Positions 21,365 to 30,598 of a DNA stretch of 64,000 nt are shown here, piece after piece. The notes below the pieces were generated by a model. It was given only the letters and a program-made list of their open reading frames with translations. It was not told the DNA's origin and searched no databases. Each line of letters opens with the position of its first letter. Within the stretch, counting starts at the first letter, position 1. This DNA is from an uncultured Chromatiales bacterium (GTDB taxonomy: Bacteria; Bacteroidota; Ignavibacteria; SZUA-365), in NCBI GenBank assembly GCA_964635845.1, contig CAZWNO010000002.1:44901-108900 (forward strand), written 5' to 3'. The position numbers and the translations under genes were made by a program.

Positions 21365-22291
21365 ATGCAAATGACACGAACGATACTGCTCTGGATACTT
21401 GCTCTCATCATTACGCTGGCGTCCGCCTATTATCAGCGAATCACCGGTCCATCCTATCCGCTTGACGGCACGGCGAAGCTGCATGGTTCCGACGTTACAT
21501 ATTCGCTGACCCGCACGCATGGGGGCGAGGGTGACCAGCCGTTCTCGCTGATCGATGCCGGCGGCGGCCTGTCCGGCGAGGTCGTGTTCAAGCGCTACAA
21601 GACCGACGACGAGTGGAGCCGCCGCCCGCTGCTGCGCTCGGGTGACACGCTGCGCGGCTGGCTTCCGCATCAGCCGCCCGCGGGCAAGCTCGAGTATTTC
21701 GTGGAGCTGGCTGACGACGGGGCGGTCCACCGAATCCCGGCACATGAATCCGTCGTCACGCGCTTCAAAGGCGCCGTACCCGCTGGTGTGCTGATTCCGC
21801 ATGTGATCGTGATCTTCCTCGCCATGCTCTGGTCCACCAGGACGGGCATCGAGGTATTCCGAAAGAACGGCAGACTGCGCAGGTATGCTCTCTGGACAAC
21901 CGGTCTGCTTTTCGTCGGTGGACTGGTGTTCGGTCCCATCGTGCAGAAATACGCGTTCGGCGCATACTGGACCGGCGTTCCCTACGGCACCGATCTCACG
22001 GACAATAAAACGCTCATCATCTTCATCGGCTGGTTGATCGCATTGGCGGCGATCTGGAAGCGTGATGCGCTCGAGCGCCATCCCGCCCGCCGCTGGTTCG
22101 CCCTGGGCGCCGCACTGCTGACGATCGTGGCGTATATGATTCCACACAGCATGATGGGCAGCGAACTCGACTATAAGAAACTGGACGCCGTGCGCGCCAG
22201 ACAGCATCCGGCACAATTCGACAGCCTCACTCCGGCGCCCGCGGTGATCGCCGACACAACGAAGTCGACGCAGGAGGAAACGCAACGATGA
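21365..22291 (+). CDS. hypothetical integral membrane protein
   Basis: Several TM helices. Start at MQMTR. The stop overlaps the next start (ATGA). Confidence 0.45.
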   Translation: MQMTRTILLWILALIITLASAYYQRITGPSYPLDGTAKLHGSDVTYSLTRTHGGEGDQPFSLIDAGGGLSGEVVFKRYKTDDEWSRRPLLRSGDTLRGWLPHQPPAGKLEYFVELADDGAVHRIPAHESVVTRFKGAVPAGVLIPHVIVIFLAMLWSTRTGIEVFRKNGRLRRYALWTTGLLFVGGLVFGPIVQKYAFGAYWTGVPYGTDLTDNKTLIIFIGWLIALAAIWKRDALERHPARRWFALGAALLTIVAYMIPHSMMGSELDYKKLDAVRARQHPAQFDSLTPAPAVIADTTKSTQEETQR

Positions 22292-22575
22292 GCGTACAGC
22301 CCGGAGTGGGAAGCGCGTTATACATCGTCTGCGCCGGACTCGGCGCACTCGTGTTCTTTCTCGGGCCCGCGCTGGCGCTGCTCGGCGACACGGATCCTCT
22401 CTGTGCGGCGAGCGTCGGCTACGGGGGAATCACGCTGTTCACAGCAGGCATCGCGGCACGCTATTCCTTCGCCGTGGCGGCGACGCCTCTCCTTCAGCTG
22501 ATGAAGAATCTCGGTGTCGCGCTCGCGATCACCGGTATTTTCTACGCGATCTTCCTGCTGCTCTACTTCATCTGA
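22288..22575 (+). CDS. hypothetical small membrane protein (95 aa, about 3 TM)
   Basis: Hydrophobic segments. Translationally coupled to the neighbouring genes. Confidence 0.4.
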   Translation: MSVQPGVGSALYIVCAGLGALVFFLGPALALLGDTDPLCAASVGYGGITLFTAGIAARYSFAVAATPLLQLMKNLGVALAITGIFYAIFLLLYFI

Positions 22576-22578
22576 GCC

Positions 22579-23019
22579 ATGTCCTCTGCAGAATACACCG
22601 TTCCCGTCTGGTTCTTCGAGCAATCCGCCGTCATCCCCTGGCGCCGGCATCATCGGGGCATCGAGGTTCTGCTGATCACCAGCGCGCGGAAGAGACGCTG
22701 GATCATTCCGAAGGGCGTGATCGAACCGGGCATGGGGGCGCGCGCATCTGCGCGAAAGGAAGCGCTTGAAGAAGCGGGTGTCGACGGCATCGTCTCGGAC
22801 GAACGCATCGGTGACTACGTCTACAGAAAATGGAACGGCAATTGCCGTGTGCAGGTCTTCGGTCTCATGGTCACGGACGTGCTCGATCACTGGGAGGAAG
22901 AGCACGTGCGAAAGCGCCGCTGGGTGAGCGTGCGACAAGCGCAGGAACTCGTTGACACGCGCGAGCTCAAACTGCTGCTTCGCAGATTCGCGCACCGCCT
23001 CGATACCTTCCTCGAGTGA
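22579..23019 (+). CDS. NUDIX hydrolase
   Basis: Nudix box GVIEPGMGARASARKEALEEAGV (G-x5-E-x7-REALEE-x-G). Confidence 0.8.
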   Translation: MSSAEYTVPVWFFEQSAVIPWRRHHRGIEVLLITSARKRRWIIPKGVIEPGMGARASARKEALEEAGVDGIVSDERIGDYVYRKWNGNCRVQVFGLMVTDVLDHWEEEHVRKRRWVSVRQAQELVDTRELKLLLRRFAHRLDTFLE

Positions 23020-23401
23020 TCAGCCGCCCTGCGCGCGCTTCGACGTCTGCCTCGCCCGATCCTCTGCCCCGCACATCCCCCTGCTTTATTCCCGATCCTT
23101 CCTCCGCTGCATCCGATCCTCCGCCCACGGGATTTTCTCCGTGCATTTCGGATATCCGATACCCTCAATAACTCGAAAGTTACGTCCGCGAACGGGGAAA
23201 AATTTATTCCTTTAAGTTTTAAGTATTATTGCGTATCATTGTCGAGCAACTTCCATCCTGAGCCAGTTGTCCCGCCGCGCGTCTTGATGTTGAGGAGCAT
23301 CGAGAGAGTTGTACCGGATGTCTCCCTTCAAGACTCCAACCGCAACGCCTGTACACTGTAACCCGTGTGTGTCCCTTCAGGGCAGACACTCTGAGCGAGC
23401 A

Positions 23402-23833
23402 ATGACAATGCCGAAACAATCCGCCGTACTGCTTCTTCTCGCCATTTCCATCGCGCTGCTGACCGCCGGCTGCACGGATTCGATTGTCTCGGACTGTGGC
23501 GAACCGATGTCCGATCCGGTTCGCGCGCGGTTCAGCGACATCGAACAGCGCGTATTCGCGCAGTCCTGCGCGCTCGCGGGATGTCACAGCGGCAGCTCGC
23601 CGGCTTCGGGACTCGACCTGTCGACCGGTCAGGCATACGTCCAACTCGTCGGTGTGACCAGCCTGAACGACCCGTCTCTCAAACGCATCGAGCCGGGCAG
23701 CAGCGCACAGAGCCTGGTCATCCGGCTGCTGCGCAGGGAACGTCTTCCGGTGATGCCGCCAACCGGTCCCATCGAAAGCGCCGTGATCGATTCCATCGCG
23801 GCGTGGATCGACGCGGGAGCTCTGAGGAACTGA
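23402..23833 (+). CDS. lipoprotein with a planctomycete-type cytochrome-c-like (PSCyt1-like) domain carrying a non-canonical C-ALAG-CH (CX4CH) motif
   Basis: Lipobox LLTAGC. The FAQSCALAGCHSG..GLDL..MPP..WIDAGA pattern parallels the PSCyt1 consensus (R-C-x-x-CHSG..GL.L..MPP..W...GA), except the heme motif has four residues between the Cys instead of two. Confidence 0.5.
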   Translation: MTMPKQSAVLLLLAISIALLTAGCTDSIVSDCGEPMSDPVRARFSDIEQRVFAQSCALAGCHSGSSPASGLDLSTGQAYVQLVGVTSLNDPSLKRIEPGSSAQSLVIRLLRRERLPVMPPTGPIESAVIDSIAAWIDAGALRN

Positions 23834-23891
23834 TCCGCCTGCGAACGAAACTCATCCACTCTCGATCCGCTTTCCGGAAAAAGGAGTACAC

Positions 23892-24509
23892 ATGAAACGA
23901 ATCATCTCTGCACTGCAATCGAAGCGGCCGGCAAGCCTGCCGCTTCGTCCGCTTCTGTTCGTGCTGCTGCTCATCGCACAGTTCGACGGTCTGGCGCAGA
24001 AAACCGAATACCACGTGGACAAGAGCGCGAGGAACAGCGTGAAGTTCATTTCCGACGCGCCGGTGGAAGACTTTGAAGGCGTCACCGAGGCGATAGACGG
24101 CTACCTCGTTCATGAGGGCAATGATTTCACCTCCGGCAGCGGACTGTACTTCGAGGTCGATCTGCGCAAACTCGACACCGGGATCGGTCTCCGCAACCGC
24201 CACATGCGGGAGAACTATCTGCACACGGACAAATACCCCTACGCGAAATTCACGGGAAAGATCACGGAGGCGACACCGTCGGGCGATAAGACCAAGGTCA
24301 AGGTACAGGGCAGCATGGACATTCACGGGGTCAAGCGCGGCATGGAGGTCACCGGCACGATCAGCGGAAGTGGCGACAAGCTGCGCATCAGGACGACCTT
24401 CGACGTCCGGCTCACCCATCACAAGATCGAGGTTCCGCAGCTCATGTTCGTCAAGATCGACGAGAACATGGAGCTCGTGCTCGATTTCACAGTCAAAAAA
24501 GTCAAATGA
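23892..24509 (+). CDS. YceI family periplasmic protein (polyisoprenoid/lipid-binding)
   Basis: Signal peptide, then a YceI-like pattern (VKFISDAPVEDFEG..GL.NRHMRENYLHTDKYPYAKFTG..). Confidence 0.8.
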   Translation: MKRIISALQSKRPASLPLRPLLFVLLLIAQFDGLAQKTEYHVDKSARNSVKFISDAPVEDFEGVTEAIDGYLVHEGNDFTSGSGLYFEVDLRKLDTGIGLRNRHMRENYLHTDKYPYAKFTGKITEATPSGDKTKVKVQGSMDIHGVKRGMEVTGTISGSGDKLRIRTTFDVRLTHHKIEVPQLMFVKIDENMELVLDFTVKKVK

Positions 24510-24523
24510 CAGGATTATCGAAT

Positions 24524-25369
24524 ATGCGTTCTGCGATCATCGGCCTGCTCACTCTGTGTCTCGTTCTCCCTGCCGCGGCTCAGGAGGAATCCTCGGGCTG
24601 GAAGCGCTCCGAGGAGGAGGCGCACCTTCCACTCCAGCTGTTCCACTCCACCCAGGCGGTGAATCTCCCCACCGCGGAGGTGCTGCAGCAGGGAAATCTC
24701 GAGTTCGAAATTTCCCATCGCTTCATCCCGACGATCAGCGATGGCAGCAGGAACCTGTGGGGCTTCGACGGACCGGTCAACATCCGGCTCGCGCTCGGAT
24801 ATGCCTACAGCAACATCGGGTACGTCACCCTGGGGCGGAGCAACGTGCAGGACAACCTCGACCTTCACGTGAAGCAGCAGCTGTTCTCGTTTGAGAACGA
24901 CCTGCTGCCGGTGCTCGTGGCGGCGCGCGTCGGCGCAGCATGGAACACGGATGTCCCGAACCGAGACGCAGGCGACGCGGACAATCTGCAGTACTACGCT
25001 CAGCTGATCGTCAACACGATGTACGGGGACAACCTCGCACTCGGCGTCGTCCCTTCCTACGTCGGGAACAGTCACATACTTTGTCCCGAGCGTCAGTACT
25101 CGTTCGTCATGGGCGTGCACGCGCAATACTACATCACCAACGTGCTGAATGTCCTGGCCGAGTGGATCCCCACCGTCAGCGGATGGAGAACAAAGCACAA
25201 TACCGTCGCATTCGGGATCGAGCTGGAAACCGGCGGCCATTTCTTCAAGATCATCCTGAGCAACAACGATCTCCTGAACACCGCGCAGGTGCTTGCCGGA
25301 GCCGAGGATTCTTTCAACGATGCCGACTGGCACATCGGCTTCAACATCACGCGCCTGCTCGCTCTCTAG
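24524..25369 (+). CDS. hypothetical outer-membrane-type protein (signal peptide, beta-strand-rich)
   Basis: Signal peptide MRSAIIGLLTLCLVLPAAAQ. Alternating hydrophobic pattern. C-terminal aromatic/hydrophobic residues. Overlaps the YceI stop by 4 nt if started at 24506. Confidence 0.45.
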   Translation: MRSAIIGLLTLCLVLPAAAQEESSGWKRSEEEAHLPLQLFHSTQAVNLPTAEVLQQGNLEFEISHRFIPTISDGSRNLWGFDGPVNIRLALGYAYSNIGYVTLGRSNVQDNLDLHVKQQLFSFENDLLPVLVAARVGAAWNTDVPNRDAGDADNLQYYAQLIVNTMYGDNLALGVVPSYVGNSHILCPERQYSFVMGVHAQYYITNVLNVLAEWIPTVSGWRTKHNTVAFGIELETGGHFFKIILSNNDLLNTAQVLAGAEDSFNDADWHIGFNITRLLAL

Positions 25370-25475
25370 TACACGCGCTTCGTCGCAGTCCGACATCACA
25401 CCGCTGCTTGCCTTCCAGCAGCGGAGTCATCACGGAGTTCACTCACTACTGTTCAACCTTTTTCTGGAGCAATAA

Positions 25476-26162
25476 ATGAAAAGACAGATTCTCTTTTTCT
25501 CCATCCTCCTTGCCGTCGCGTCAGCGACCTTCATCATCGCCCGTCCATTCCGCGTCGGACAGATACCGAACGGCACGAAGAACGCCTGCGCGAACTGTCA
25601 TGTCAATCCTGCCGGCGGCGGTCCGCGCAACGTCTTCGGACAGGAGGTCGAGGCGAATCATCTCACCGAACCGGGGGTCAATGGACAAGTGAAATGGAGT
25701 GCGGCGCTCGCCGTTCTCGATTCCGACGGCGATGGTTTCACGAACGGCCAGGAGCTTCAGGATCCCGAGGGAATCTGGAGGAGCGGACAACCGGCGCCAG
25801 GCAATCCCGCACTGGTCACCCGGCCGGGAGATCCGACTGATTTCCCCGTCACCACGACCGTGCAGCCTCTGCCCGGTGCGGTGAGCGATCACATGCTCGA
25901 GGGCAATTATCCCAATCCCTTCAATCCCGAGACGACCATCCGCTTCCGGATCGGCGAGGCCGGGCACGTGCGCCTCGAGATCTTCAACAGCCTCGGCGCG
26001 CGTGTGCGCGTGCTGGCCGACGAATACATGGAAGCGGGCCGATATGCCGGCAGCTGGAACGGCCGCGATGACGCGGGACGTCTCGTCGATTCGGGCACGT
26101 ACTTCTACCGCTACACCGCCGCCGGCTACAGCGCGACGAAACGCATGCTCCTGGTGAAATAG
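25476..26162 (+). CDS. secreted mono-heme cytochrome-c-like protein (CANCH) with a Ca-binding DSDGDGFTNGQE loop and a C-terminal T9SS-type sorting domain
   Basis: Signal peptide, CxxCH at residues 38-42, Asp-rich thrombospondin-type-3/EF-like loop. C-terminal NYPNPFNPETTIRFRI..GHVRLEIFNSLGARV..GSWNGRDDAGRLVDSGTYFYRYTAAGYSATKRMLLVK is a textbook Por secretion tail. Confidence 0.6.
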   Translation: MKRQILFFSILLAVASATFIIARPFRVGQIPNGTKNACANCHVNPAGGGPRNVFGQEVEANHLTEPGVNGQVKWSAALAVLDSDGDGFTNGQELQDPEGIWRSGQPAPGNPALVTRPGDPTDFPVTTTVQPLPGAVSDHMLEGNYPNPFNPETTIRFRIGEAGHVRLEIFNSLGARVRVLADEYMEAGRYAGSWNGRDDAGRLVDSGTYFYRYTAAGYSATKRMLLVK

Positions 26163-26250
26163 GAGAGGAGGGGAGGAGGAGAGGAGGGAAGAAGGGGCTA
26201 CTTTCTTTCTTTCCTTCTCCCCTTCTTTCCTTCTCCCCTACTTTCCTACT
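26161..26250. repeat. homopurine tract (36 nt of A/G) followed by a homopyrimidine tract forming a mirror/inverted repeat; probable bidirectional terminator or H-DNA-forming element
   Basis: AGGAGAGGAGGGGAGGAGGAGAGGAGGGAAGAAGGGG then CTACTTTCTTTCTTTCCTTCTCCCCTTCTTTCCTTCTCCCCTAC, between convergent genes. Confidence 0.5.
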
Positions 26251-28360
26251 TACGATGCCTGCCGATGAAATCGAAGAACTCCTCGAACCAGATGAGCTGT
26301 TCCTGCGGATGCAGGACCCAGTGATTCTCATCCGGATACACGATGAGTTTCGAAGGTATGCCCTTGACCTGCGCGACGGTGAATGCCTCGAGGCTCTGGG
26401 TATAAGGGACACGATAGTCTTTTTCCCCCGTGATGATGAGGATCGGCGTATCCCAGTTTTGTGCGTATCTGTGCGGTGAGTGCTTGTCGTAGTTCTTCCG
26501 TGCCTGTGCGTCCCAGTAGGGACCGCCGTTCTCCCAGTTCGTGAACCACAGCTCCTCGGTCGCCCCGTACATGCTTTCCAGATTGAACACGCCGCAGTGC
26601 GAGACGAAACTGCTGAAGCGTCCCTTGTGATTCCCGGCAAGCCAGAATGCGGCATACCCGCCGGCGCTGGCGCCGATGGCCGTCACGTGCTTCGTGTCGA
26701 TATAGGGCTCCTTGAGCATCGCATCCGTGCAGGCGAGAATGTCCTGCATCGGCATGCCGCCCCAGTCCTGGCTGATCGCGTCGTTCCATTCCTGCCCGAA
26801 ACCCGGGAGACCGCGGCGGTTCGGTGCGACAACGACGTAGCCCTTCGATGCGTAGAGAAGGAAGTTCCATGCGAAGCTGAAGAACTGGCTGACCGTGGAC
26901 TGCGGACCGCCCTGGCAATAGGTAATGAGCGGATACTTCTTCGAGGGATCGAAGTCCGGGGGATATACCACCCAGGTCTGCACCTTCTTCCCATCCGTGC
27001 TTGTGATCCAGCGCTCCTCGAATGTGGCGGGACGGATATCCTCCAGCACCTTGCCGTTCGCCTGCGTCAGCGGGAAAGGCCGCGCGTCCTTCTTCGCGGG
27101 CTGCACATAGATTTCGGTCGGAGCGTTGAAATTGCGTCGTCCGTAGACGAGTGTCGTGCCGTCGGGAGTGATGTCGAGTCCACCGTCGTGGTTGTACACA
27201 CCGCCGGTAAGGATTTCCCAGCTTCCATCGCCGGCGTCGATGCGGTAGATCTGCACCGTGGCGCCGTCCTCGGCCGCGAAGTACAGCGCCCTGCTGTCGG
27301 GAGACCAGACTGTCGTACCCACCCACTGATCGAGCGTGGTGGAGAGTTCGCGGACCTTGCCGCTGGCGCGGTCGAAGAGCATCAGTCGGTTGCGGTCCGC
27401 CTCGTGTCCCGCGCGCGACATGGAGTGAAAGGCGATGAAGCGTCCGTCGGGCGAGTACAGCGGATCGCGGTCGAAGCCCGGCATGCCTTCGGTGATATTC
27501 CTCGTGGCGCCTGAGGCAACATCCACGACATAAATATCCGAATTGGTGCTCGTGGCGAAGTCACCGACTTTTTTCGACGTATAGGCGATCTCGCGGCCGT
27601 CCGGCGACCATGCGATCTGCTCCGCGCCGCCGAAGGGTTTGAGCGGTGTTTCGAAGCGCTCGCCCGCCATCAGATCCCGGGCCTCGCCTCCTGAGGCCGG
27701 CATCACGAACAGATGCATGTAACTCTCGTCGTTCCATTCGTCCCAATGGCGCACATGGATTTTTTCGTAGATGCGCACCTTCGCCTTGGCGTAGGATGGA
27801 TACTTCTCCGCGACAGTGGAATCCAGCTTGACATCGGATGTGAATGCGAAGTACTTCCCGTCGGGCGACCAGGAGAGATTGCTCACTCCGTTCTCCACGT
27901 CCGATACCTTCACCGCTTCGCCGCCGTCGAGCGCGATCGTGTAAATTTGGGGACTGCCGCCTCGCGTGGACAGGAACGCGACAGCTTTTCCGTCCGGCGA
28001 CCAGCAGCCCTCGAAATCCGCTGAAGGCGATGCCGTCAGCTGCCAGTGCCGCTCTCCTTCGATCGAAACCAGATGAAGATCGGAATTGCTGCGGTTGGCC
28101 GGAATATCGGGTACGGTCACGCCGTACAGCACCCACTTGCCGTCGGGTGAGACGGCCGGACTGTACACGCGCTTCAGATTGAGCAGTTCCTCCGATGTGA
28201 TCAGATGGCTCGAGCTGGCAACTTTTTCCCTTACCGCTTGCTCGAGCCGCGCCTTCTCCGCCGGTGAAAGCGTCCTGGTTTTCGTTTCAATCTGAGCAAA
28301 CGCCTGCTGGGAAAACGCGAGCAGCAGTATCCCGACGGTGAATATGGTTCGCATGGTCAT
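26246..28360 (-). CDS. S9 family serine peptidase (acylaminoacyl-peptidase / DPP-like) with an N-terminal beta-propeller
   Basis: Signal peptide. TolB/WD40-like repeats (SPDGK.., SPDGR..). C-terminal alpha/beta hydrolase with GASAGGY nucleophile motif. Confidence 0.85.
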   Translation of the reverse strand: MTMRTIFTVGILLLAFSQQAFAQIETKTRTLSPAEKARLEQAVREKVASSSHLITSEELLNLKRVYSPAVSPDGKWVLYGVTVPDIPANRSNSDLHLVSIEGERHWQLTASPSADFEGCWSPDGKAVAFLSTRGGSPQIYTIALDGGEAVKVSDVENGVSNLSWSPDGKYFAFTSDVKLDSTVAEKYPSYAKAKVRIYEKIHVRHWDEWNDESYMHLFVMPASGGEARDLMAGERFETPLKPFGGAEQIAWSPDGREIAYTSKKVGDFATSTNSDIYVVDVASGATRNITEGMPGFDRDPLYSPDGRFIAFHSMSRAGHEADRNRLMLFDRASGKVRELSTTLDQWVGTTVWSPDSRALYFAAEDGATVQIYRIDAGDGSWEILTGGVYNHDGGLDITPDGTTLVYGRRNFNAPTEIYVQPAKKDARPFPLTQANGKVLEDIRPATFEERWITSTDGKKVQTWVVYPPDFDPSKKYPLITYCQGGPQSTVSQFFSFAWNFLLYASKGYVVVAPNRRGLPGFGQEWNDAISQDWGGMPMQDILACTDAMLKEPYIDTKHVTAIGASAGGYAAFWLAGNHKGRFSSFVSHCGVFNLESMYGATEELWFTNWENGGPYWDAQARKNYDKHSPHRYAQNWDTPILIITGEKDYRVPYTQSLEAFTVAQVKGIPSKLIVYPDENHWVLHPQEQLIWFEEFFDFIGRHRK

Positions 28361-28517
28361 GACTATTCCCGAATTGAGAAACAGTATCGAGGTCTCCTAA
28401 AATACGGCGTCAGGGGTGAAATGCAGAAATCGCCTTCACCGCCAGTTGGACGATCGACGAGGCCGGTTCCCTTCGCTTTCCGTGCCCGGGGACATTCCCG
28501 CATCCAGTCCCGAACTG

Positions 28518-30404
28518 CTACCGCAGGATCTGTACCTGTCGTGACGCTGCGCCGTTCTCCGTCCGCAGCACTACCTGGTAGTTGCCTGAAGGCAATGCCG
28601 AGAGATCGAGTGACAGCTCATCCGTCCCTGCTTCGAATCGTTTTTCACTCTCGTACAGAATTCTCCCGAGCATGTCGCAGAGCATGATTCGCGAATCCAT
28701 CGGTCGATCGAATGCGAGACGAAGCCGCAGGTGATCCCGTGCCGGCGATGGATACGCGTCGATGATCCGGAACGCCGCCGCGAGCGGTGACAGCTCCTTC
28801 ACGTCGAGCGTGGCGAGTCCGAGCCGCGCACAGTATATCTCGATATTCCCGTCGTTCATGCGTCCGTCGGACCAGAAGGGGAGGATCTCGGTATCGGTGA
28901 CGATCACCTGTGTATATTCCCCGATTCCGAAATCACTGTTTTTCTCCTTCGCCTTGTACATGTTCATCGGCAGGGCCGCGACAGGCCTGTTGGGCAGGAA
29001 GTGTCTGCCGCCGTCGCGCGATACCGCGATGTAGTAGCGTGCACTGGCGTTCGTTTCATCCTCGCGCCGATCGTACCAGGTGACGGCGACAACGCCCTGC
29101 GCGTTGACGGCGATGCTGGGATGGAACTGATCCCGCACGAGGCCTTTTTCATCATCGTTGATGATGCGCGGCGCCTCCCAGCTCAAGCCGTTGTCGGAGG
29201 ATCGCGAGAAATAGATGTCCGTGCCATTGCCCTCCTTCCGCGTGATACCGTTGGCGGTCCATGTCATATAGACATAGCCGGGATTCCCGCCGCGGTCGGC
29301 ACAGAATTGCGGACTGGGGTACATGCGTTCACTGGACATACCGGGAATTTCCCCGAGCCGATCTTCAATGGAAAATTTTGGGAATACTATATCCGATATC
29401 TTCGTCACGGACGGAAACGTCGCGCCTCCGTCCGTCGACAGGGCATGCCACAGACTGAAGTGCTGTTCATCGGCCGAACCGAACCAGGTCACATGCACTC
29501 CGCCCGAGGCATCCACATCGATGCTGGTGAACTGGACGATGGCGAGAGAATCCGGCGAAACGATGACCTGCGGCGAATCGAATTGCCGCGCCCCGGGCGA
29601 TTTGCTTCGCACTCGTATCTGCATGCGGTCATTGCTCGCTCTGAAATACGCGGCATACAGGGTACCGCGCGTGGGCGCCGTGCTGCGATCGACGGCCAGC
29701 CATTGCTTGTCGACAAAATTCTGCGCGGGATCATCCATCGAGTAGCGAGCCGTAGCGATCACATCCCGCTCCGGCCGCACCCATGTCGCCCCTCCATCGC
29801 TGGAAGTGGCCCAGTACAGCTCCGAGACTAACTCGTCCATCGTCTGTGGGAGATAGAAGGCCAGCCATGAGAAATACAGCGTCCCGTCATCGTCCGCCGC
29901 AAGTACCGGATCGCCCCCGCCCAGCAAAACGTCATCGGGATCGGGGAGCTCGGTGACGAAGGGGCTGACCTGCCATGACGCTCCATCGTCGAGTGTGTAG
30001 TACACAGGACAGGTGAGATCCTGGATGGTTCCATGGGACACCCGCTGCCGGATGGCTGCCACGATGAAGTTGCGCGGAGCCACCGGATTCACCACCGCAT
30101 GCACCTCCGACTCGGGATACAGGTCATCGCTGATGACGCTCTCGGTCCAATCGTCGTCCTGCGCCGCTTTCTGCCTCACGCCGGTGGACGTACTATTGTC
30201 CATACGATCACCGGATTTCGATGAAGCGGTGTGCGTGTCATTCCCGAGTTTCGCGGCCTCCCGTTCCACAGACGGGAGACGCAGGCGCGTATGCTTGCGC
30301 ACGGCTTCTTCCAGCAGTTGTTTGCGGAAGGATTTCTGCTCCTGTGCCTGCAGGGGACAGACGAGAACAAGCAAGGTTAAAATGGAAAGCAGTTTCACAG
30401 GCAT
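28518..30404 (-). CDS. secreted BNR/Asp-box repeat protein (sialidase-like beta-propeller) with a C-terminal T9SS-type sorting domain
   Basis: Asp-box motifs SSDGGATW, STDGGATF, SSDNGLSW, SRDGGRHF. C-terminal ..DMLGRILYES..AGTDELSLDLSALPSGNYQVVLRT.. tail. Start set at MPVKLLSILTLLVLV. Confidence 0.7.
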   Translation of the reverse strand: MPVKLLSILTLLVLVCPLQAQEQKSFRKQLLEEAVRKHTRLRLPSVEREAAKLGNDTHTASSKSGDRMDNSTSTGVRQKAAQDDDWTESVISDDLYPESEVHAVVNPVAPRNFIVAAIRQRVSHGTIQDLTCPVYYTLDDGASWQVSPFVTELPDPDDVLLGGGDPVLAADDDGTLYFSWLAFYLPQTMDELVSELYWATSSDGGATWVRPERDVIATARYSMDDPAQNFVDKQWLAVDRSTAPTRGTLYAAYFRASNDRMQIRVRSKSPGARQFDSPQVIVSPDSLAIVQFTSIDVDASGGVHVTWFGSADEQHFSLWHALSTDGGATFPSVTKISDIVFPKFSIEDRLGEIPGMSSERMYPSPQFCADRGGNPGYVYMTWTANGITRKEGNGTDIYFSRSSDNGLSWEAPRIINDDEKGLVRDQFHPSIAVNAQGVVAVTWYDRREDETNASARYYIAVSRDGGRHFLPNRPVAALPMNMYKAKEKNSDFGIGEYTQVIVTDTEILPFWSDGRMNDGNIEIYCARLGLATLDVKELSPLAAAFRIIDAYPSPARDHLRLRLAFDRPMDSRIMLCDMLGRILYESEKRFEAGTDELSLDLSALPSGNYQVVLRTENGAASRQVQILR

Positions 30405-30598
30405 TCCTCCACCTCCGGGATGATGTGACATGGTTTCGACGAGAGAAGTCGTATGCATTCAATATACGAGGAATTGACCTGAAATTCATCAGTTCGCCTT
30501 CAGACGCAATGATCGATTTTTCCCTTACCTCGCAGCGCAGGCTGTCGTATATTATTCAAATAAGCTGAATTCTTCCACACACAACATCCGGATAGCTT

